64,000 nt of DNA. Origin: an uncultured Candidatus Saccharibacteria bacterium (lineage in GTDB: Bacteria; Patescibacteriota; Minisyncoccia; Phycocordibacterales; UBA12088). The translations under genes were made by a program, and so were the position numbers. Below are positions 17,324 through 28,090 of the stretch, piece by piece. The notes under the pieces were generated by a model that was not told where the DNA came from, did no database searches, and saw only the letters and a list, made by a program, of their open reading frames with translations. Positions within the stretch are counted from its first letter, which is position 1. Each line of letters begins with the position of its first letter. Where the stretch lies: assembly GCA_964562615.1 (NCBI GenBank), contig CAZLUD010000001.1, forward strand, positions 327,628 to 391,627. Reading direction: 5' to 3'.

Positions 17324-19474
17324 ATGCTAAAGAAAACCTTTTCAGTGGAGCTAGGTGGAAAAACCCTGACGGCAGAATTTAGTGATCTCGCAGATCAAGC
17401 AAATGGTTCGGTTATTTTGCGATACGGTAAAACGGTGGTACTCGCAACCGCAACAATGGGACAAACAGAGCGACACGAGATTGATTATTTTCCCCTTACG
17501 GTTGATTACGAGGAGCGCTTTTATGCAGCTGGGCAAATACTAGGGTCACGCTTTATGCGACGCGAAGGGCGCCCAAGCGAAGAAGCAATACTCTCTGGAA
17601 GAATTGTAGACAGAACTATACGACCACTTTTCAATCACCACTTGAGAAATGAAGTGCAAGTTGTGCTAACTATTCTTTCAATTGACGAGGATGATCCTGA
17701 TGTGCTCGGTGTCATTGCTGCATCATTAGCGCTTGGTGTAAGCGATATACCGTGGAATGGACCAGTCTCTGCGGTACGCATAGGCAAGAAAAAGGGAGGG
17801 GAAGTAATTATAAACCCTACCTATGTCGAGCGTGCGTTTGAGGATTATCATTATGATGTGCTTGCCTGTGGTAAGGATGGATCAATCAATATGATTGAGA
17901 TTGCATCAGATGAAGCGAGTGAGCACGAGATTCTTGAGGCGCTTCGCGAAGCAACACGCATACACACCACACTAGGTGCGTGGCAACAAGAAATAATTGC
18001 AGAAATAGGCAAAGAGAAAAAAACAGTTACTCACCTTGCCTACGCTGATGAAATTATCGCTCACTTTAATGAACACGCAGCGGCACTCATGTCTGCTGCA
18101 TTGATTACTGGCGAGCCAGGTAAGGCGGGGATTAAAAAACTCAAAGATGAGTGGCTCGCAAAAGTTGCCGTGGATATTCCTGATTTCTTGAAACGAGCAG
18201 GGCATTACTTTGAGGAGAAAGTAGACGAACAACTACACAGCGAAGCTACCGCAAACGGCAGACGTCCTGATGGTAGAGCGATGGATGAGGTACGACCACT
18301 GTTTGCCCTCGCGGGTGATATGTCACCTATGGCACACGGTACTGGCGTATTTTATCGTGGAGGAACACACGTATTTACCGCACTCACCTTAGGAGGACCC
18401 GGTGATTCACAAATTGTTGATTCAATTGAGCATCAGGACGAGAGCAAGCGATTCATGCACCACTACAACTTCCCACCATTTAGCTCAGGAGAAACGGGCA
18501 GACTTGGTGGTGTTAATAGAAGAGCGGTGGGACACGGCGCGCTTGCAGAAAAAGCACTCCTTCCAATGATTCCAAAAAAAGAAGACTTCCCGTACACCAT
18601 TCGTTTGGTTTCAGAGTGTATGGCGTCAAACGGATCGACCTCAATGGCATCAACGTGTGCTTCAACACTTGCGCTTATGGATGGAGGTGTGCCAATCAAG
18701 CGACCCGTAGCGGGTATCGCTATGGGGCTAATGCTACACGGCTCTACCTATAAAGTACTTACTGACATTCAAGGCCCTGAAGATCATCACGGTGATATGG
18801 ATTTTAAAGTTGCCGGCACCACAGAAGGTATTACCGCAGCACAGATGGATGTGAAAGTCGGAGGTATTCCACTCTCTATTCTTGAAGAAGCTCTAACAGG
18901 TGCTAAGAAGGCCCGTCTCCATATACTTGAAACAATGCGTGGCGCTATTAGCGCCCCTCGCGAAGACATCTCGCCACTTGCACCAAAAATAATTGCATTA
19001 AAGGTGCGCGTAGATCAGATCGGACTAGTTATTGGCCCAGGAGGAAAGACCATTAATGGTATTAAGGATAGAACGGGAGTTACCGACATCACCATCGAAG
19101 ATGATGGGTCAGTATTTATCACCGGAAAGGACGGTACTGCAGAGCTAGCGCGTGATGAAATCGCAAGTCTTACTCATGTCTACACCGCGGGTGAGCGGCA
19201 CGAGGGTGAGGTGGTGCGTCTTATGGACTTTGGAGCATTTGTAAAAATAGGGAAAAACGCTGAAGGATTGGTACACATTTCAGAAATTGCTCCATTTAGA
19301 ATTCAAAAAGTTGAAGATGTGCTTTCTGTAGGAGAGGTTGTTCCGGTTATAATACGAGAGATAGATGAGAAAGAAAGAATTAATCTTTCTATCAAAATGG
19401 CAGACCCAGAGTTTGCACAGCGTAAAGGTATAAACCCCGACATAAAGGGAACAAGTACCAATGGATCCAACTAA
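17324..19474 (+). CDS. pnp: polyribonucleotide nucleotidyltransferase
   Basis: Two RNase PH domains (FPLTVDYEER, SNGSTSMAS, GDMDFKVAGT), KH and S1. Confidence 0.98.
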   Translation: MLKKTFSVELGGKTLTAEFSDLADQANGSVILRYGKTVVLATATMGQTERHEIDYFPLTVDYEERFYAAGQILGSRFMRREGRPSEEAILSGRIVDRTIRPLFNHHLRNEVQVVLTILSIDEDDPDVLGVIAASLALGVSDIPWNGPVSAVRIGKKKGGEVIINPTYVERAFEDYHYDVLACGKDGSINMIEIASDEASEHEILEALREATRIHTTLGAWQQEIIAEIGKEKKTVTHLAYADEIIAHFNEHAAALMSAALITGEPGKAGIKKLKDEWLAKVAVDIPDFLKRAGHYFEEKVDEQLHSEATANGRRPDGRAMDEVRPLFALAGDMSPMAHGTGVFYRGGTHVFTALTLGGPGDSQIVDSIEHQDESKRFMHHYNFPPFSSGETGRLGGVNRRAVGHGALAEKALLPMIPKKEDFPYTIRLVSECMASNGSTSMASTCASTLALMDGGVPIKRPVAGIAMGLMLHGSTYKVLTDIQGPEDHHGDMDFKVAGTTEGITAAQMDVKVGGIPLSILEEALTGAKKARLHILETMRGAISAPREDISPLAPKIIALKVRVDQIGLVIGPGGKTINGIKDRTGVTDITIEDDGSVFITGKDGTAELARDEIASLTHVYTAGERHEGEVVRLMDFGAFVKIGKNAEGLVHISEIAPFRIQKVEDVLSVGEVVPVIIREIDEKERINLSIKMADPEFAQRKGINPDIKGTSTNGSN

Positions 19475-21074
19475 CGAAACAACAAAAGACGTACAACCAT
19501 CCACCGCTCCACAACCTGATGTGGTGCTTGATGATCTTGATGTAAAACTTTCTGAAGCTGAACACTCACTCTCAGAGAGAGATATCTCTGCGCGCACAAG
19601 AGCCGAAGAGGAGCTTGCTGCTGAGCTTGCGAGCGGAGGAAACCAAGACATCTCACTCGATTTTCCTGATGCCTCTACTACACCATGGTCTGCTGCAGCG
19701 GTAAAACCCCCAACCAAAAAAGAAGAGGTGATTCACGTAACCCCTAACACCACGCAAGGGGAGGCAATACCACAGCAAAAGAGCGAGGTTACCGAGACGT
19801 CTACCGCTACACCATTTGCCTACAGAGGTTCTGTCACTCCACTTGAACAAAGAGGAGCAAAAGAGGTGAGTGCTCCAGCGGTAGTGGTGCCTACCCAGCC
19901 ACAAAGCGCACTTGCATCTGCTAAATCTGCACTTCTTGGTGGTGGTAATGAGGTGCGGGACCTATCAAAAAGTGGTTCAATAAATCAAACACCTACACCT
20001 GTTGCTCCAATAGCGGCGTCACCTCTTACGAACCTACAGAGCGAGAATCCTACACCCGCTATTCCTACGACTCCCGTAGCACCACCCACACCGACTCCTG
20101 TTGCGCAGGTTGTTCAAAACACCGAGCGCGATACCGCCCCACAAACAACTACACCACGCCCACAAGCAAGTGAGCGTGATGATTCTGTACGACCAATACG
20201 TACCTTTAGAGACGACATTGCCCGTGTGCTGCAGAAGAAGAAAACAACCTTGGTAGATGCAGTCGTTGCTGAAGAAAATCGTTCAAATCGAGAAAAGGAG
20301 GTGGAACCACCAAAGGGAGCGCCGCGATCGTTTGTATCGTACCTTGTGGTATTTTTTAGTGGACTTCTTATAACCGGCGGAGTAAGTGCGTACGCAATCT
20401 ATTATTTCTTTGGACCGACCGATATAACCCGAATAGATGTTGCTGAAGTGCCGTCCATTATATTCGTAGAAGAGCAAAAAGAATTTGAGATTTTTGATGA
20501 CGAAAGCAAGCGAGATATCTTCAGAAGAATTGGTGTAGAGAAAGATTCTGCACTACTACGCCTAGGTAGCATAGAGCAACTCTATTTCACACGAAGCATC
20601 TATGATGAAAGCATTGCTTCTACTAAAAAAATGCTTGTATCTTCTGCAGAATTTATTGCTCGAAGCGAATTTCGTATAGACAGCTCATTCACCAGAAACC
20701 TTTTGCCTGAGATGACGTTTGGCTACCACTCATTTGATGGTACTCAACCATTTATCGTCTTTAAAACAGAGTTTTATGAAGACGCATTTGCCGCAATGCT
20801 TGATTGGGAGGCGCGCATGAATGAAGATTTGTCGCCACTTTTTGGAGATATAGTGATGGAAACGTATTTGGTAGGATCATCAACCAGAACAAGACCAGCG
20901 AGTCTTACCTTTGAAGATGTGTTGGTTAAAAACAAAGAAGTAAGGGTACTCTATGACAGCACCGGTAAAGAGTTGCTCCTGTATGGATTTCCCGACTCAG
21001 AAACAATAGTAATCACCACCAATCAATACACCTTTACAGAAATAGTCACACGGCTGCAATCAATCCGAATATAG
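19461..21074 (+). CDS. hypothetical membrane protein with Pro/Thr-rich disordered N-terminus
   Basis: 537-aa ORF, single TM helix near residue 300, overlaps pnp stop. Confidence 0.8.
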   Translation: MDPTNETTKDVQPSTAPQPDVVLDDLDVKLSEAEHSLSERDISARTRAEEELAAELASGGNQDISLDFPDASTTPWSAAAVKPPTKKEEVIHVTPNTTQGEAIPQQKSEVTETSTATPFAYRGSVTPLEQRGAKEVSAPAVVVPTQPQSALASAKSALLGGGNEVRDLSKSGSINQTPTPVAPIAASPLTNLQSENPTPAIPTTPVAPPTPTPVAQVVQNTERDTAPQTTTPRPQASERDDSVRPIRTFRDDIARVLQKKKTTLVDAVVAEENRSNREKEVEPPKGAPRSFVSYLVVFFSGLLITGGVSAYAIYYFFGPTDITRIDVAEVPSIIFVEEQKEFEIFDDESKRDIFRRIGVEKDSALLRLGSIEQLYFTRSIYDESIASTKKMLVSSAEFIARSEFRIDSSFTRNLLPEMTFGYHSFDGTQPFIVFKTEFYEDAFAAMLDWEARMNEDLSPLFGDIVMETYLVGSSTRTRPASLTFEDVLVKNKEVRVLYDSTGKELLLYGFPDSETIVITTNQYTFTEIVTRLQSIRI

Positions 21075-21115
21075 AACCTATTGCATCGCATGTAGGGAGG
21101 CGTTATCATGGAAGC

Positions 21116-21514
21116 ATGAATCACCCAGACATTACGCCATCACAACTGGAATCCTTTAAAAATAGACTCCTTACTGAGAAAGCAGAGGTAGAAGAATCAC
21201 TTAAAGAAGTAGGTGTTCGTAATCCACAAAACCCAAGCGATTGGGTAGCAACCCCAGGTGATATGCCTGAGATAAATGCCGATGCAAATGAGCTTAGTGA
21301 TAAGTTTGAAGAATACGGCCAAAATCAAGGGTTGGTAAATAATCTCGAAGTACGACTTGCAAACATCACTCGTGCCCTCGAAAAAATAGAAAACCAGGAG
21401 TACGGTATCTGCGAAATCTCAAGCACACCAATTGAACTAGACAGGCTTGAGGCTAATCCTGCTGCTCGCACCTGCAAGGCTCACATGGAGGAAGGTGACT
21501 CGCTTCAAGCATAG
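21116..21514 (+). CDS. TraR/DksA family protein
   Basis: Coiled coil then ALEKIENQEYGICE...RLEANPAARTC. Confidence 0.88.
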   Translation: MNHPDITPSQLESFKNRLLTEKAEVEESLKEVGVRNPQNPSDWVATPGDMPEINADANELSDKFEEYGQNQGLVNNLEVRLANITRALEKIENQEYGICEISSTPIELDRLEANPAARTCKAHMEEGDSLQA

Positions 21515-21517
21515 TGT

Positions 21518-23017
21518 ATGGCGGTGGCTCGGGTAACAAGCGCCCAACCAAGCTACCCGCATGCGATTATTGTTGATGTTGAAACAGACCTCAGTAAAGG
21601 ACTCAACGCTTTTTCTATTGTTGGACTTCCTGATAAAGCGGTTGATGAGGCGAAAGATAGAGTATCGTCCGGAATAAAAAATTCGGGCTATCCCTCACCA
21701 AAAAGCACCAATCTTAAAACAGTGGTGTCCCTTGCTCCTGCTGATTTTAAAAAAGAGGGTACACACTACGACCTACCAATAGCCATTTCGTACCTCATTG
21801 CAAGCGGGGCAATTCCCGCTATTTCACGATCAATACTTATTGTTGGAGAGCTTACCCTTGATGGGAGCGTGCGGGGAGTGCGCGGAGTATTGTCATGTGC
21901 TATCGCAGCAAAAAAAGAAGGATTCGAGGCTATTTTTGTACCTCGTGCCAACGCAGAAGAGGCGTCGCTTGTTGATGGCATTTCAATCTACCCCGTAACC
22001 TCTCTTACAGAGATATTGTTACACCTTCGAAATGAGGCGATGATATCAGCGTACACCTCTTCAGGTGTGAGTGCGGAATCGCCCACCGCGCGTATAGATT
22101 TTTTTGATATTAGAGGACAAGAGAGTGCAAAGCGCGCGCTTGAAGTAGCAGCTGCAGGGAGACACAACATCGTACTCTATGGCCCACCGGGCACTGGTAA
22201 ATCAATGCTCGCGCAAGCATTCTGTGGTATTTTGCCGCCCCTTACCCACGAAGAAGCACTCGAAGCAACAATTATTCACTCACTTGCGGGAGTGTTACAT
22301 ACCACTCACATTGCTCAGCCTCCAATGAGAGCCCCGCACCATACAAGCTCACACATTGCTCTTGTTGGGGGCGGAAGCACTCCTCGCCCTGGAGAAATTA
22401 CCCTAGCACATCGAGGTGTGCTGTTTTTAGATGAGTTTCCAGAGTTTGAACGAAGGACTATAGACGCACTACGTGAGCCACTTGAAGGAGGAGAAATAAC
22501 CATCGCAAGAGCGAGAGGCGCGGTGAGGTATCCAGCAAACTTTATTCTTGTTGCGGCAATGAATCCAACAAGGGGTCATGATGGTATCGCAAATTTAAGC
22601 GAAAAGGAGCGTCTCCAAAAAAAGATATCGGGGCCAGTGGCTGACAGAATAGATATCTGGATAGAGGTGGGACACATTACTCACCACACCCTCTCTGATA
22701 TGCCACATGGTGAACGTTCTGCTGTTATACAAAAAAGAGTAGAGGGAGCGAGGGAGGTGCAGTACAAACGATTTGCCTCAAGCGGTAAAACTAATTCAGA
22801 AATGTCGGTGCGCGACCTGGATTCTTTTATCCATATGAGCCAGCACGCAAAAGAGGTGCTCAATCAATCGGCCACACGCCTTCAGCTTTCACCCCGAGCA
22901 TATCATCGAATTGTAAAGCTTTCTCGTACTATTGCCGATTTATCTAACAGCGATAGCGTAGAAGATACTCACGTACTTGAAGCTCTTCACTACAGACCTA
23001 AAAACTTATTTGATTAG
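21518..23017 (+). CDS. comM: YifB/ComM Mg-chelatase-like AAA+ ATPase
   Basis: IVGLPDKAV, GPPGTGKS, GEITLAHRGVLFLDEFPEF, SRTIADL. Confidence 0.93.
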   Translation: MAVARVTSAQPSYPHAIIVDVETDLSKGLNAFSIVGLPDKAVDEAKDRVSSGIKNSGYPSPKSTNLKTVVSLAPADFKKEGTHYDLPIAISYLIASGAIPAISRSILIVGELTLDGSVRGVRGVLSCAIAAKKEGFEAIFVPRANAEEASLVDGISIYPVTSLTEILLHLRNEAMISAYTSSGVSAESPTARIDFFDIRGQESAKRALEVAAAGRHNIVLYGPPGTGKSMLAQAFCGILPPLTHEEALEATIIHSLAGVLHTTHIAQPPMRAPHHTSSHIALVGGGSTPRPGEITLAHRGVLFLDEFPEFERRTIDALREPLEGGEITIARARGAVRYPANFILVAAMNPTRGHDGIANLSEKERLQKKISGPVADRIDIWIEVGHITHHTLSDMPHGERSAVIQKRVEGAREVQYKRFASSGKTNSEMSVRDLDSFIHMSQHAKEVLNQSATRLQLSPRAYHRIVKLSRTIADLSNSDSVEDTHVLEALHYRPKNLFD

Positions 23018-24012
23018 AAAGGATTTTTAGCACCGCGAACCTCAAAGTGGAGGTGAGGACCAGTTGATCTACCGGTATTGCCCACGTATCCGATAACCTG
23101 CCCTTGTACTACTTGTTGCCCTGCATACACGATGTTTCCTGAGAGGTGAGCATAGAGTGTTTGTGTACCGTTTTGGTGTTCTACTACAATGTAGTTACCG
23201 TACCCACCATTCCATCCGCTTGTGCGTGAGACGAGTACCTTTCCACCTGCTGATGACCTAACCGAGGCGCCAACCCTCGCACCAAAGTCAATACCATTGT
23301 ATCCATGAATACCCTGTGTCTTAATCGCTCCTGGGACTGGGTGTATGAAATATCCTGAATATGAGCTTGCTTTTGAGCCACTTGAAGCATATGCAGGCTT
23401 TGGTGCCTCTATTTCTCCACCTGGAATTGTGAGGGTTTCACCTACAGAAATAGCTTCTGCTGATGCAAGGTGGTTGTATGAAATGATTTCCTCCTCATTT
23501 CCTTTGAATTTTTTGGCAATAGAGGCGAGGGTGTCGCCCTTTTTGACGGTATATTGAACACCATTGATTGGTAGAATGAGCAATTCTTGTCCCGACACAA
23601 TGGCACTACCCTTAGCAATATTGTTTGCCCACAAGATGGTATTAGGAGAAACACCAAACATTTGAGCAATCTGGGAGAGCGAATCTCCGTCCTTTACTAC
23701 ATAAAGAGAAATCTCTCCATTTCCTGATGTTTCTTCAATATTTGCCATTGAGCCAGCAGGTCCGGTCTCGGCGCGTAGCGCGCTGTCAGAAACCACAATA
23801 ATATCGCCACCTCCCTTTGAAGGATTGGGGTCAACATTATACGCCCCCTTTAGTAGGGGTAGGGTTTGTGAGCTGTATGCCTCATAGGTATCGTCTCCTG
23901 TCTGTCTTTCAGAAGAGAAAAATGAGGTCATTCGGGAAAGCATACTGCCCTCTACAGCCATAGGCATACTTATTAGACCTAAGATGGCAATGTATGTCCC
24001 GAAATATGTCAC
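23014..24012 (-). CDS. LysM x2 + M23 peptidase
   Basis: Two LysM repeats, HGYNGID, YAHL, STGPHLHFEV; start uncertain. Confidence 0.92.
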   Translation of the reverse strand: MTYFGTYIAILGLISMPMAVEGSMLSRMTSFFSSERQTGDDTYEAYSSQTLPLLKGAYNVDPNPSKGGGDIIVVSDSALRAETGPAGSMANIEETSGNGEISLYVVKDGDSLSQIAQMFGVSPNTILWANNIAKGSAIVSGQELLILPINGVQYTVKKGDTLASIAKKFKGNEEEIISYNHLASAEAISVGETLTIPGGEIEAPKPAYASSGSKASSYSGYFIHPVPGAIKTQGIHGYNGIDFGARVGASVRSSAGGKVLVSRTSGWNGGYGNYIVVEHQNGTQTLYAHLSGNIVYAGQQVVQGQVIGYVGNTGRSTGPHLHFEVRGAKNPF

Positions 24013-24277
24013 CGAAGGGGAGTGCGATACGCTCGTAGCCTTTGGATCTTTGTAAGTTTTTTTGATAAGCCGTTTTTTAGCCCAATCAACCGGAAATTTC
24101 TGGAAATGGCTTTGTTAAGCCGTAGGTCAATCAGTCGTATGCGTCAGTACCTAAGCACTATAGCGGTCTATAAAATGCTGTCAACGCCTTTTATACACCA
24201 AAAAATAAAGAAATATTATTGGACAATTAGTCAAGTTTTGTTGTCTTATTTTATTGGCAGTATGCTATAGTCCATGC

Positions 24278-26200
24278 ATGACATATTTAGATGAACTGAA
24301 CACGCATCAATATGAGGCAGCAACCACCATCACGGGACCGCTCCTTGTCATTGCGGGAGCAGGCGCAGGCAAAACAAAGACCATCACCCACCGAATACTC
24401 CATATTATTAACTCTGGGGTAGCTCCTCGGAATATTCTTGCCGTTACCTTTACCAACAAAGCAGCTAGCGAGATGAGAGAGCGGGTGCTATCCCTCATGA
24501 ACAAGGAGGGTATATCAAACGAAGAGGGGTTACCCACTGTTGCCACCTTTCACTCATTGTGTGCCACCATCCTAAGAAACGAGTCTGAGGCTATTGGCAT
24601 AAAAAGGCATTTTGTCATACTCGACAGAACTGATTCTATGAAGGCAATAAAAGAGGCGATGGAAAAGTCAGGTGTGTCCGATAAGCAATTTGAGCCGCGG
24701 ACAATACTGGGGCATATATCAAGACAAAAGGGGGAGGGTAATACTGCGCAGGTGTATGAACGAAACTACGGATCAGAGTATGTTCCTGGTGTAATAGCAA
24801 AGGTGTGGCGAAACTATGAAGTAATACTCGAGCGTGAGCAGGCACTTGATTTTGACGACCTACTCTTGAAAACCATGCTACTGTTCAGCACACGTAAAGA
24901 TATACTCTCGCGATATTCATCAACGTGGCAATACATTCATATTGATGAGTACCAAGATACCAACAAGGTACAGTTCAGCATCGCTCGTCTTCTTGCGAGT
25001 GAACATGGCAACATGTGTGTTGTTGGTGATATTGATCAAAACATTTACTCATGGCGCGGCGCCTCTATCGATAATATTCTTGATTTTGAAAAAGAATTTC
25101 CGGGCGCCAAGGTAGTTACCCTTGAGCAAAATTATCGCTCAACAAAGACTATTGTGCATATTTCAAACAAGGTCATAGAGAAAAACCTTCGAAGAAAAAA
25201 GAAGGTGGTCTTTACTGAAAATGAAGATGGGGAGCCGATTTCTTTATTCTCTGCATTTGATGAACAAGATGAAGCGAGATTTATTGCCCACACCTCAAAA
25301 AAACTTATTGAGGGTGGTGTGTCTCCAAGCTCGATTGCGGTACTCTATAGAGCCAATTTTCAATCACGCGTACTTGAAGAGGCATATCTCTCTAGCGAAG
25401 TGTCATATCGTGTATTGGGAGTAAAGTTCTTTGATAGAAAAGAAGTCAAAGATGTCCTCTCGTACGTACGCGCATCACTCAATAGAGATTCTCATTTTGA
25501 TATCTCACGTACCGCAAACGTACCGGTGCGGGGTATCGGCAAAGTAACGTTGATTAAAATGCTTGCGGGGCAAATAGACGACCTCCCACCAGCTACAAAG
25601 AAAAAGGTGGCGGATTATTACACACTTCTCGACTCGATTAAAACCCACGCCTCGAATGACAAACCATCAGAGACAATAAAATTTGTCCTCGATGCAAGTG
25701 GCTACCTACAAAGTCTTGAACACACTAAAAAGGAGGAGGACCTTGAACGGGCTGAAAACCTCAAAGAGCTCGTAACATTGGCGCAAAAATATGATGACCT
25801 AAGCCCACTTCAAGGCATTGAAGCCCTGCTTGAATACGCCGCTCTTGAAAGCGATCAAGATAAACTTGAACAAAAAGAGAAAGCGGTAACATTAATGACT
25901 GTGCACGCAGCAAAAGGTCTTGAGTTTGATTACGTATTTATTGCAGGACTTGAAGATGGGCTATTTCCACACGAAAGAATGGGGGATAGTGGTGTTGATA
26001 ACGAGGAAGAGCGCCGACTCTTCTACGTAGCAGTGACGAGAGCAGCCAAAAAAATATATCTCACACACGCGGCAACGCGCACCATATATGGAACAAAACA
26101 AGTAAACCTCCCCTCAGAATTCTTAGCTGATATAGATGAGGAGTTTCTTGTTGCCGAAGAGAGGCCAGATGGATTTAGTAGGGTAATATACCTTGATTAA
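24278..26200 (+). CDS. pcrA: UvrD/PcrA helicase
   Basis: AGAGAGKT, TFTNKAA, DEYQD, QNYRS, HAAKGLEF, EERRLFYVAVTRA. Confidence 0.95.
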   Translation: MTYLDELNTHQYEAATTITGPLLVIAGAGAGKTKTITHRILHIINSGVAPRNILAVTFTNKAASEMRERVLSLMNKEGISNEEGLPTVATFHSLCATILRNESEAIGIKRHFVILDRTDSMKAIKEAMEKSGVSDKQFEPRTILGHISRQKGEGNTAQVYERNYGSEYVPGVIAKVWRNYEVILEREQALDFDDLLLKTMLLFSTRKDILSRYSSTWQYIHIDEYQDTNKVQFSIARLLASEHGNMCVVGDIDQNIYSWRGASIDNILDFEKEFPGAKVVTLEQNYRSTKTIVHISNKVIEKNLRRKKKVVFTENEDGEPISLFSAFDEQDEARFIAHTSKKLIEGGVSPSSIAVLYRANFQSRVLEEAYLSSEVSYRVLGVKFFDRKEVKDVLSYVRASLNRDSHFDISRTANVPVRGIGKVTLIKMLAGQIDDLPPATKKKVADYYTLLDSIKTHASNDKPSETIKFVLDASGYLQSLEHTKKEEDLERAENLKELVTLAQKYDDLSPLQGIEALLEYAALESDQDKLEQKEKAVTLMTVHAAKGLEFDYVFIAGLEDGLFPHERMGDSGVDNEEERRLFYVAVTRAAKKIYLTHAATRTIYGTKQVNLPSEFLADIDEEFLVAEERPDGFSRVIYLD

Positions 26201-26201
26201 T

Positions 26202-27008
26202 ATGCGTGCCAAAAAAAGCCTTGGGCAGCACTTTTTAACCAGCGAATCAGCAATTACTGCTATTATTGCCGCTGCAAAGCTTAATAAAAGTGATTCGGTA
26301 CTTGAAATTGGACCAGGTAAGGGTGTGCTCACCAAGGCACTGCTTAAACACGCGGGTAAGGTGGTTGCTATTGAAAAGGACCCCGACATGATTGCTTACC
26401 TTACCGAAGAATTTGCAAATGAGCTTAAAAATGGCTCACTTACGCTATATGAAGGATCGGCTGAGGATATTGCCTTTGATGCGGTATTGCCCGGCGAGTA
26501 CAAAGTGGTAGCAAACATACCCTACTACATAACCGGGTTACTACTTCGGCATATGTTTTCACAAAAGACCTTACCCACTTGTGCGGTGGTACTAGTGCAA
26601 AAAGAGGTAGCGACACGCATTGCAAGAGAAAAAAAGGAAAGCATTCTCTCACTTTCTGTAAAAGTATATGGGACACCGGTATATATTCAAACCGTAAAAG
26701 CGGGGAGTTTTTCACCTGCGCCGAAGGTAGATTCGGCCATTTTAGCCGTATACGACATACAAAGAAGTGCTGTTGATTCCCCAAACAAAGAAAAAGTGTT
26801 TTTTACCTTACTAAAAGAAGGGTTTAGCAAAAAAAGAAAGCTCCTTGTGTCCAATCTTTCACACCTACTACCTCGAGAGGAGATTTTGAGCGCGTTTACT
26901 GATGCTGGTATATCACATAGTGCACGTGCAGAGGATGTACCGCTCTCACAATGGCTTGCTATTACCTCTACACTCGAGAGACTAATCCACAGCAACACCA
27001 CAAAGTAG
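26202..27008 (+). CDS. rsmA: 16S rRNA dimethyladenosine transferase
   Basis: KKSLGQHFL, EIGPGKG, ANIPYYIT, PAPKVDSA. Confidence 0.97.
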   Translation: MRAKKSLGQHFLTSESAITAIIAAAKLNKSDSVLEIGPGKGVLTKALLKHAGKVVAIEKDPDMIAYLTEEFANELKNGSLTLYEGSAEDIAFDAVLPGEYKVVANIPYYITGLLLRHMFSQKTLPTCAVVLVQKEVATRIAREKKESILSLSVKVYGTPVYIQTVKAGSFSPAPKVDSAILAVYDIQRSAVDSPNKEKVFFTLLKEGFSKKRKLLVSNLSHLLPREEILSAFTDAGISHSARAEDVPLSQWLAITSTLERLIHSNTTK

Positions 27009-27052
27009 CTATTCTACAAAAAAACTCTGCTATACTTTGAAGAAGGGTATCT

Positions 27053-28090
27053 ATGAATGAATCCATACTTCCAAGTAAGCAGTTTATTATTACCGTGATT
27101 GTCATTACGGTACTACTCGGTGGTGGCATCGCGGTATTTTTGAGTACACGAGAATCAGCAAGTAAATTTTTTGCCGAATCAAACGAAAAAGAGATGCGAG
27201 AAATCGCAGAAAAGCTGGTTGCCTCTGACGAAGATGAAGATGGGCTTCTTGATTGGGAAGAATCTCTTTGGAAAACTGATGTAAAAAACCCTGACACTGA
27301 TAGCGACGGCACTTCAGATGGCGAAGAAATCCGCATCGGAAGGGATCCACTTAAACCAACTCCTGGTGATGAAATTACTGTTCAAAGTATTGAGGTATTT
27401 AGAGATACTGCGGTAACTGATGCGCAAATTAAAAACAGCAACCTAACCGCTGAATTTGCCAAAAACTTTTTTGTTGAATACGCAAAAACCAAAGAGGCAG
27501 GTTTACCAGTTGGGATCATGGGAGCAAGTATAGAAAAGGTAGAGAACTTGATTCCGCAAGACCAGTACGAGAATAGAGAGCCTCTTTTTACAGAAGAAGA
27601 TATTTTGATAGCGCCATCTGAAGATAATTACTCCCTACGCGAGTATGGAAATGCTGTTGGGCGTGCATTTGAAAATCACCCGGTTGTAGGGGAGAACATG
27701 CTTGATGTTCTCTATCGAGCGTTGCGTAGCGGAAATAAAGCTGAGCTCGACAAACTACGAGATGCTGCTTCTTCAGTAAGCCTGCTCGCTGAAGAGATTA
27801 TTTCGATTCGAGTCCCTGAACCTCTCGTAGAAAATCATCTTGATTTGCTTAATGCTCTAGCATTTTTTAATGAGATACTTGTCGCATTTGGCAATACATA
27901 CGAAGATCCGCTTGGTGCAACTATTGCAATGACCTACTACCCTAAGACCGCTAAAGAATTAGCAATTATCGGGATATCAACTGCAAAGTACCTTGAGTCG
28001 AGAAATATTGTATACACACGAAATGACCCTGGACATGTATTCAATGAACTACTTGTAATTTATAAGAGATCGCCGAATCTATTTATATGA
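27053..28090 (+). CDS. membrane-anchored protein with DxDxDG Ca-binding repeat
   Basis: TM helix then DEDEDGLLDWEE...DTDSDGTSDGEE; first gene of the T4SS-like operon. Confidence 0.75.
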   Translation: MNESILPSKQFIITVIVITVLLGGGIAVFLSTRESASKFFAESNEKEMREIAEKLVASDEDEDGLLDWEESLWKTDVKNPDTDSDGTSDGEEIRIGRDPLKPTPGDEITVQSIEVFRDTAVTDAQIKNSNLTAEFAKNFFVEYAKTKEAGLPVGIMGASIEKVENLIPQDQYENREPLFTEEDILIAPSEDNYSLREYGNAVGRAFENHPVVGENMLDVLYRALRSGNKAELDKLRDAASSVSLLAEEIISIRVPEPLVENHLDLLNALAFFNEILVAFGNTYEDPLGATIAMTYYPKTAKELAIIGISTAKYLESRNIVYTRNDPGHVFNELLVIYKRSPNLFI

